32,000 nt of DNA from Candidatus Kuenenia stuttgartensis (GTDB taxonomy: Bacteria > Planctomycetota > Brocadiia > Brocadiales > Brocadiaceae). Shown in pieces: positions 27,127 through 32,000 of the stretch. The stretch covers positions 4,290,001-4,322,000 of the forward strand of contig NZ_LT934425.1 in assembly GCF_900232105.1 (NCBI RefSeq), given 5' to 3'. A program made the translations under genes and the position numbers. The notes below the pieces were generated by a model. That model was not told where the DNA came from, searched no databases, and saw only the letters and a list, made by a program, of their open reading frames with translations. The first letter of the stretch is position 1. Every line of letters starts with the position of its first letter.

Positions 27127-29232
27127 CTTAACCCAACTTCGACAAATTTACCCTGAAAAAGGCAAGAAATTGAGCGTATAATAGTCGTAACCTATTGGTA
27201 TGGTTGAATGTTGCTTTCGGCGTTTAATGTAGTGCCTGAATATTATTGTTTATGCTTGCGGCGCCATTGCTTACATGGTAAAATACCGGTGTGTTTATCC
27301 GTGAAAAGATCAAAAAAGTGAATGGCGGGAAGAGCTACATACAACACCAACTCATCGAATCCATTCGCACCCCTTCAGGGCCAAGACAGCAAATAGTCTT
27401 AAACCTTGGGCAGCTTAGTCTGCCCGAGGAGAAGTGGAAGACCCTTGCCAATTGCATTGAAGGATTTTTAGCAAATCAAAAAACGTTGTTTCCTCAAGAT
27501 CCTGAAATAGAGGCGAAAGCAAGGCATTATGCCAGCCAGATAAGACAGGAGCGGTTGGACAGGGCGCAAGAACGTATTACCGGCGGTGAATCAGCAGGGG
27601 AAGAACCTGCTCAATACGAGCACGTGAATATTAATTCCCTGATAACAAATGATGCAAAGACCGTAGGCGCCGAACACGTGGCCATAAGCCAAATGAATGA
27701 ATACGGGTTTGATAAGATATTGCAAGGGCTTGATTTTACAGATGACCAGATTGCCTATTCCAAGATGCTCATTGTGGGGAGAATGGTTCATCCCGGCAGC
27801 GAGCGTGATACCGTGCGATGGCTTTCTGAAACAAGCGGGGCGGGAGAGCTGTTGGACTCAGGGGTTAAACTGTATGATAAAGCGCTGCATCGCGCGGCAG
27901 TCTTGCTTTGGGAGAATCATGCCGCCATAGAGCAAGAGTTGTCAAAGCGGGCGCGAGAGATATTTTCCCTTAAAGAGACGGTGATTTTATATGATTTAAC
28001 AAATACCTATTTTGAGGGTAGCAAAAGAGGGAGTAAGGTGGCCCGGCGCTACAAATCAAAAGAGAGCCGTAATGATTGTCCGTTAATTACGCTATCCCTT
28101 ACCGTTGATGAAGAGGGATTTCCCAAGCAGAGCAAGGTTTTTGAGGGCAATGTGTCGGAGCCTGGTACCCTAAAAGATATTTTGGAGGGATTAAAAAAAG
28201 AAGACGGTATGTTTTCAAATGATAGAACGATAGTTATGGACGCAGGGGTTGCAACGGAAGAGAACATTGCGCTTATCAGGAAGAGTGGCTATAAATATGT
28301 GGTCGTCTCGCGCAAGAAATCTTTTGAAGATACTTTTTGGCCTGAAACGGACGAAGAGAAGATTATGTTATCAGACGGGAAAACAACGTTGGGCATGAAA
28401 TTAGTCCGTACTGAAGAAGAGGCATTCCTTTTATGCCACAGCGAGGCAAAAGAGGCAAAAGAGGCAAAAGAGAAGTCCATCCTTTCCCTGAAAGAACAAA
28501 GGTTTGAAGAGGCGCTCTCGGCAATAAAAGAAGGATTAGAGAAGCCAAAAAGACAGAAAAAATATGATACGATCATAGAGAGGATAGGCCGGTTAAAAGA
28601 ACGCTACAAGGTGGGCAATTTATATACGATCAAAGTGGAACAGACGGATGGCAAAGCGACCGATATCAAATTTAAGAAAAATGCTCAGGCGCAAGCAAAG
28701 GAAGAAGCCATAGGCACGTATGTATTACGGACAAACCGACTTGATCTTAGCGGGGAAGAGATATCAAAGCTCCATAGGTCGTTGAGTACTGTTGAGGAAA
28801 GTTTTAAAACAATGAAAGGCAACCTTGGTTTACGGCCAAACTTTCACCACACAGATACCCCAACCATTGCCCACGTGCATGTCACTGTATTGGCCTATCA
28901 CATACTTGCCGGGATATTAAAAAAGCTAAGAACCGCAGGGGTTCATTATAATTGGAATACGATTCGTAATATCCTTGCCACCCATATAAGGGTAACAACG
29001 ACCATGAACACAAAGGACGGCTGCGTTATTGACGTCAGAACCTGCACAGCGCCCACGGAAAAGCAGCACACGATTTACAATAAACTACAAATTAAACATA
29101 CACCATTAGGCAGAAAAAATATAAAATCACCCATGAAAACTCAAAGATGTAGTGCCGAAAAATGAAGGACTAAAGTCGTATCACATTGGCAATAAAAGAG
29201 ATACGATTTCTGCTTGTCGAAGTTGGGTTAAG
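27127..29232 (+). mobile_element. Complete IS1634-family insertion sequence (copy A, ~2.1 kb)
   Basis: Perfect 19-bp terminal IRs: CTTAACCCAACTTCGACAA (27127-27145) and TTGTCGAAGTTGGGTTAAG (29214-29232). They bracket one intact transposase ORF. No clean target-site duplication is visible; the outer flanks AAAATAC/GTATTTT are themselves inverted, so the true ends may lie up to ~12 bp further out. Confidence 0.8.
27291..29165 (+). CDS. IS1634-family (IS4 superfamily) transposase
   Basis: 624 aa with a GTG start. The N-terminus MFIREKIKKVNGGKSYIQHQLIESIRTP...IVLNLG is typical of IS1634. DDE region: ILYDLTNTYFEG, IVMDAGVATEEN, YVLRTN, VEESFKTMKGNLGLRP..H. Confidence 0.9.
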   Translation: MFIREKIKKVNGGKSYIQHQLIESIRTPSGPRQQIVLNLGQLSLPEEKWKTLANCIEGFLANQKTLFPQDPEIEAKARHYASQIRQERLDRAQERITGGESAGEEPAQYEHVNINSLITNDAKTVGAEHVAISQMNEYGFDKILQGLDFTDDQIAYSKMLIVGRMVHPGSERDTVRWLSETSGAGELLDSGVKLYDKALHRAAVLLWENHAAIEQELSKRAREIFSLKETVILYDLTNTYFEGSKRGSKVARRYKSKESRNDCPLITLSLTVDEEGFPKQSKVFEGNVSEPGTLKDILEGLKKEDGMFSNDRTIVMDAGVATEENIALIRKSGYKYVVVSRKKSFEDTFWPETDEEKIMLSDGKTTLGMKLVRTEEEAFLLCHSEAKEAKEAKEKSILSLKEQRFEEALSAIKEGLEKPKRQKKYDTIIERIGRLKERYKVGNLYTIKVEQTDGKATDIKFKKNAQAQAKEEAIGTYVLRTNRLDLSGEEISKLHRSLSTVEESFKTMKGNLGLRPNFHHTDTPTIAHVHVTVLAYHILAGILKKLRTAGVHYNWNTIRNILATHIRVTTTMNTKDGCVIDVRTCTAPTEKQHTIYNKLQIKHTPLGRKNIKSPMKTQRCSAEK

Positions 29233-29526
29233 CAGGTATTTTGCATTCATAGAATATTTACAAAAGTCAAGACCGGCAAAAAGACCGAGGAAATTGTTTA
29301 CGGTATTACCAGCCTGACACAACAAAAAGCAAGTCCCAAAACCATTCTTAAGTTTTCCCGCGGACACTGGTCAATAGAAAATGGACTTCATTATGTGCGT
29401 GATACCGCTTTCCGTGAAGACCATTCTCAAATACGCACACAAAATGCCCCAAGGGCAATGGCTTCTTTGAAGAACCTTGTGGTTGGGCTTTTTCATTTTC
29501 TCAATGTACCAAATATTACCGAGTAG
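29233..29526 (+). pseudogene. ISAs1-family transposase, C-terminal ~95-codon fragment
   Basis: VFCIHRIFTKVKTGKKTEEIVYGITSL...RGHWSIENGLHYVRDTAFREDHSQIRTQNAPRAMASLKNLVVGL matches the ISAs1/H-repeat C-terminus (..GK..TEE..YYISSL....[25 protein letters not shown]..NA). The upstream ~280 codons are absent; the fragment begins at the IS1634 copy A boundary. Confidence 0.75.
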
Positions 29527-29577
29527 AAAACAGGCGCATTGTTAAACGTTTGAAACCTCTTTCATACTGAAGCGGAG

Positions 29578-30140
29578 GTATTTTACTCAATCTCTTTTTA
29601 GTATGTTTCCTGTTCCCTCTCTAAAATTCCGTACGGTGGGTTTTCCCAAGTACGGCTTCAAACAGAATATCCGCTCTCAACCTTCGATAAAGATATTTAG
29701 GATTAAGTGCAAGTCCCACATTCACCTGCATTTCTCCATCTTATAGGAGAGTATAGCTACCGCCTTTTAGTTACTGTAGCCTACTAATTTCGGCATTTGA
29801 TTTCACTATTATTTGGTAGCAAATCCTGTCCAGAGACCCTTTGCTCTTTTGTGGGTTATGTTGTCCCTCAAAGTCAAACGCTACTACGGTCTCATCTGAG
29901 CTTCTCGCTATCTCCCATTACCTTATTATACTTCGTCTAACAGGTCTTTGCCGTACGGACTTGTATTGGCTGATAGCAAGATTTTCCCTAATTTACTCTG
30001 CACTACTTTGTTTACGTGTCGCCATCCATACCCCGACAGATTTACCGATTGCTTTTGGTTGTTGCTTCATCAGTAATACTAACTTTCACCATCTTTGCAG
30101 TGGTTCAGTATCTGTTTCGCCGCCACTTCGCAAGTTCTAT
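29578..30140 (-). ncRNA. Putative ORF-less group II intron RNA, 3-prime ~560 nt (domain I part through V/VI-like); the 5-prime part is separated by IS1634 copy B
   Basis: Minus strand. A domain-V-like hairpin AAGCCGTAC-TTGGG-AAAA-CCCA-CC-GTACGG lies at plus-strand 29629-29658, with an AGC triad and a 2-nt bulge. Upstream strings recur in the domain II/III region of Ll.LtrB as I remember it: GAAAATCTTGC (29976-29986), CGTAGTAG (29881-29888), TGAGGGACAAC and GCAAAGGG....GGACAG (29837-29844). A short closed stem GCTACC...GGTAGC (29756-29820) sits where domain IV would carry an ORF. No minus-strand ORF of 60 aa or more is listed here. Boundaries are approximate. Confidence 0.45.
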
Positions 30141-31993
30141 CGGATGTTCACCCCTGCCAAAACGCATAAGTGCTTAATAAATAGTTGGTTAAGGCTGTAT
30201 TTTTAATAAATATGTAGTCACTAATATATTGTTATTATACGACAATATACTTGACGGATAATGGTTGTTATCTGTACAATGGTGGACATGCATATTGTAG
30301 AGAACAAGTCAAAATCCGGTAAAAAAATCTATCGATCTACCCTTCTGCGGGAATCGTACCGTGAGGATGGGAAGGTCAAGAAACGCACCATTGCGAATCT
30401 GTCGAATTGCACTCCCCTGGAGATTGAAGCGATAAGACTTGCACTCGCACATAAAGACGATCTCTGTGCATTGGGCGCATTGTCAGAATCGGTGAAACTC
30501 CATGAGGGTTTGTCTGTGGGAGCAGCGTGGAGCGTGTACCAAGTGGCAAAGGAATTAGGGATAGAAGAGGCATTGGGAAAGGACTTTGAAGGAAAGCTGG
30601 CGCTTTGGCAAGTAATGGCAAGGGTAATAGGCCAGGGGTCAAGACTGTCTGCAGTAAGGCTGGCGCAGATACATGCTGCGGGTGACGTCCTGGATATGAA
30701 GCGTGGGTTTGACGAGAACAATCTGTACGATAATTTGTCATGGTTGTCAGAGAATCAGGCAAAGATAGAGCGAAAGCTGTTTGAGTTAAGACGAGGAGGC
30801 AATAAGCCGAAGTTGTTTTTGTATGACGTGACGAGCAGTTATTTAGAGGGGAAGTCGAATCATTTTGGTGAGTACGGGTATAATCGTGACGGCAAAAAGA
30901 GGAAAAAACAGATAGTGATCGGTATGCTTTGTGATGAATCCGGGGAGCCGGTATCAACAGAAGTATTTAGGGGCAACACCCAGGATCCGAAGACCTTTGA
31001 ATCTCAGGTAAAGAAGGTATTAGAGCGGTTTGGATGCAAAGATGTAACGATTGTAGGAGATCGTGGGATGATCAAGACGGTGCAAATCGAAAGTTTACCG
31101 GAAGGGTTTCATTACATAACGGCGATAACCAAGCCGCAGATAGAGTCGTTGATAAATAAAGGGATACTGCAATTAGGATTGTTCGAAGAAAAGCTCTGCG
31201 AGATAAAGGATGATGAGGTTCGATATATTCTGAGGCGCAATCCGGTAAGGGCGGAAGAGATGTCAAAGACCCGTGTATCAAAATTACAGAGTATAGAGAA
31301 ATACATCGCGAAGAAGAACAGTTATCTGAAGGAACATCCTAAGTCGTCAGTATCGAAGGCACTGGAAACAACAAGGGAAAGGCTAACGAGATTGAAACTT
31401 GATGGGTGGGTGCAGATAAAAGAAGAGGATAGGACGCTAAAGATAGAGAGAGATGAGGAAGCATTAAAGGAGGCATCATACCTTGATGGTTGTTACGCAA
31501 TCAAGACTGATCTTGAGGAGAACGAGGCGGATACCAATCTGGTACATGAACGATACAAGGATTTAACGGAAGTGGAGAAGGCGTTTCGGGACTGTAAGAC
31601 GGTGAATTTGGAGGTTCGTCCGGTGTATGTAAGAAAGGAGGATAGTACACGGGGACATGTGTTTGTGGTAATGCTTGCGTACATGATAATTCGAAGGCTG
31701 CGCAGAGCGTGGAAGAATTTTGACTTGACGGTAGAGGAAGGTCTCGCACAATTGACGACCATTTGTTCGATGGAAGTAACAATCAAAGGCCAAAAAGCTA
31801 GTTGCCAGAAGATCCCGCGTCCGCGGCAACAATCACATGAATTATTAGAGGCATTACAGATAAAGTTGCCAGAAGTATTGCCAAGCCGGAACATACGGGT
31901 AGTCACTAGAAAAAAGCTTGCTGTTCGGCGTAAAAGTCAATAAATATAAGGCTTTTACGGCACTTTTGTTTTTTGACTTGGGGTGAACATCCG
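30141..31993 (+). mobile_element. Complete IS1634-family insertion sequence (copy B, 1853 bp) with a 6-bp target-site duplication
   Basis: Perfect 14-bp terminal IRs: CGGATGTTCACCCC (30141-30154) and GGGGTGAACATCCG (31980-31993), with weaker similarity extending ~20 bp inward. Flanked by direct TTCTAT at 30135-30140 and 31994-31999. Confidence 0.9.
30261..31943 (+). CDS. IS1634-family (IS4 superfamily) transposase
   Basis: 560-aa ORF. The likely true start is the ATG at 30288 (MHIVENKSKSGKKIYRSTLLRESYREDGKVKKRTIANL, a typical IS1634 N-terminus). DDE region: LFLYDVTSSYLEG, VTIVGDRGMI, YAIKTD, EVEKAFRDCKTVNLEVRPVY. Confidence 0.9.
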   Translation: MVVICTMVDMHIVENKSKSGKKIYRSTLLRESYREDGKVKKRTIANLSNCTPLEIEAIRLALAHKDDLCALGALSESVKLHEGLSVGAAWSVYQVAKELGIEEALGKDFEGKLALWQVMARVIGQGSRLSAVRLAQIHAAGDVLDMKRGFDENNLYDNLSWLSENQAKIERKLFELRRGGNKPKLFLYDVTSSYLEGKSNHFGEYGYNRDGKKRKKQIVIGMLCDESGEPVSTEVFRGNTQDPKTFESQVKKVLERFGCKDVTIVGDRGMIKTVQIESLPEGFHYITAITKPQIESLINKGILQLGLFEEKLCEIKDDEVRYILRRNPVRAEEMSKTRVSKLQSIEKYIAKKNSYLKEHPKSSVSKALETTRERLTRLKLDGWVQIKEEDRTLKIERDEEALKEASYLDGCYAIKTDLEENEADTNLVHERYKDLTEVEKAFRDCKTVNLEVRPVYVRKEDSTRGHVFVVMLAYMIIRRLRRAWKNFDLTVEEGLAQLTTICSMEVTIKGQKASCQKIPRPRQQSHELLEALQIKLPEVLPSRNIRVVTRKKLAVRRKSQ

Positions 31994-32000
31994 TTCTATG

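Noticed and set aside
28443-28472. Tandem 9-bp repeat GAGGCAAAA x3 (+GAG)
   Set aside because: It is not a CRISPR or a regulatory array. It is an in-frame (EAK)n coiled-coil expansion inside the IS1634 copy A transposase.
29152-29232. N-terminal 27 codons of the listed ORF 29152-29526 (MPKNEGLKSYHIGNKRDTISACRSWVK)
   Set aside because: This part is read from the 3-prime end and right IR of IS1634 copy A. Only the sequence from about 29233 onward shows ISAs1-family similarity, so the ORF is a chance fusion and not a real gene start.
29841-30206. 121-aa plus-strand ORF (MLFCGLCCPSKSN...)
   Set aside because: It has Cys/Leu/Ser-rich composition and no motifs, and it runs across the IS1634 copy B left IR and target duplication. 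The region is better explained as structured RNA on the opposite strand.
30329-31906. Minus-strand ORFs of 64-193 aa within IS1634 copy B (30376-30957, 31493-31906 and others)
   Set aside because: They are antisense to an intact transposase gene. Their Pro/Ser/Thr-rich composition is typical of shadow frames.
1-32000. Idea that the nuo/ABC block is a composite transposon bounded by IS1634-family elements
   Set aside because: The flanking IS1634-family transposases are clearly different proteins rather than copies of one IS. Their termini differ, and no matching outer IRs or duplications bracket the block.

Overview
Bacterial chromosomal window; the organism cannot be identified from the sequence alone. 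The core (about 3.85-23.6 kb) is all on the minus strand. It holds a two-gene osmoprotectant-type ABC importer (ATPase plus a substrate-binding-domain/permease fusion) and a complete 13-cistron NADH:quinone oxidoreductase operon. The operon order is nuoA-B-CD-E-F-G-H-I-J-K-L-M-N, with E. coli-like hallmarks (fused nuoCD, 904-aa NuoG). Just upstream sits a fused cytochrome-b-like membrane domain / molybdopterin (SUOX-fold, MsrP/YedY-like) oxidoreductase. Both flanks are mobile-element graveyards. The left flank has a partial IS1634-family transposase, an IS1380-like remnant, a DUF2945 gene and a truncated paralog fragment of the Mo-oxidoreductase. It also has a decayed Y1 (IS200/RAYT-like) transposase unit bounded by inverted repeats and itself hit by a ~0.33-kb MITE-like insert. 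The right flank starts with a DUF6788-like small gene and an IS4-superfamily transposase split by a complete ISL3 element; its frame restores exactly when the ISL3 is removed. Next come a complete IS1634-family element (19-bp perfect terminal IRs) abutting an ISAs1-family transposase C-terminal fragment, and a putative ORF-less group II intron RNA on the minus strand. A second complete IS1634-family element (14-bp perfect IRs, 6-bp TTCTAT target duplication) is inserted into that intron-like RNA. A decayed group II intron reverse-transcriptase fragment fills the nuoG-nuoH spacer. I saw no tRNA, rRNA or CRISPR array. I did not find a convincing novel multi-gene system (for example a defence system); the most unusual content is the retroelement/IS archaeology in the findings. 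All coordinates, alignments and translations beyond the supplied ORF track were done by hand and need computational confirmation.
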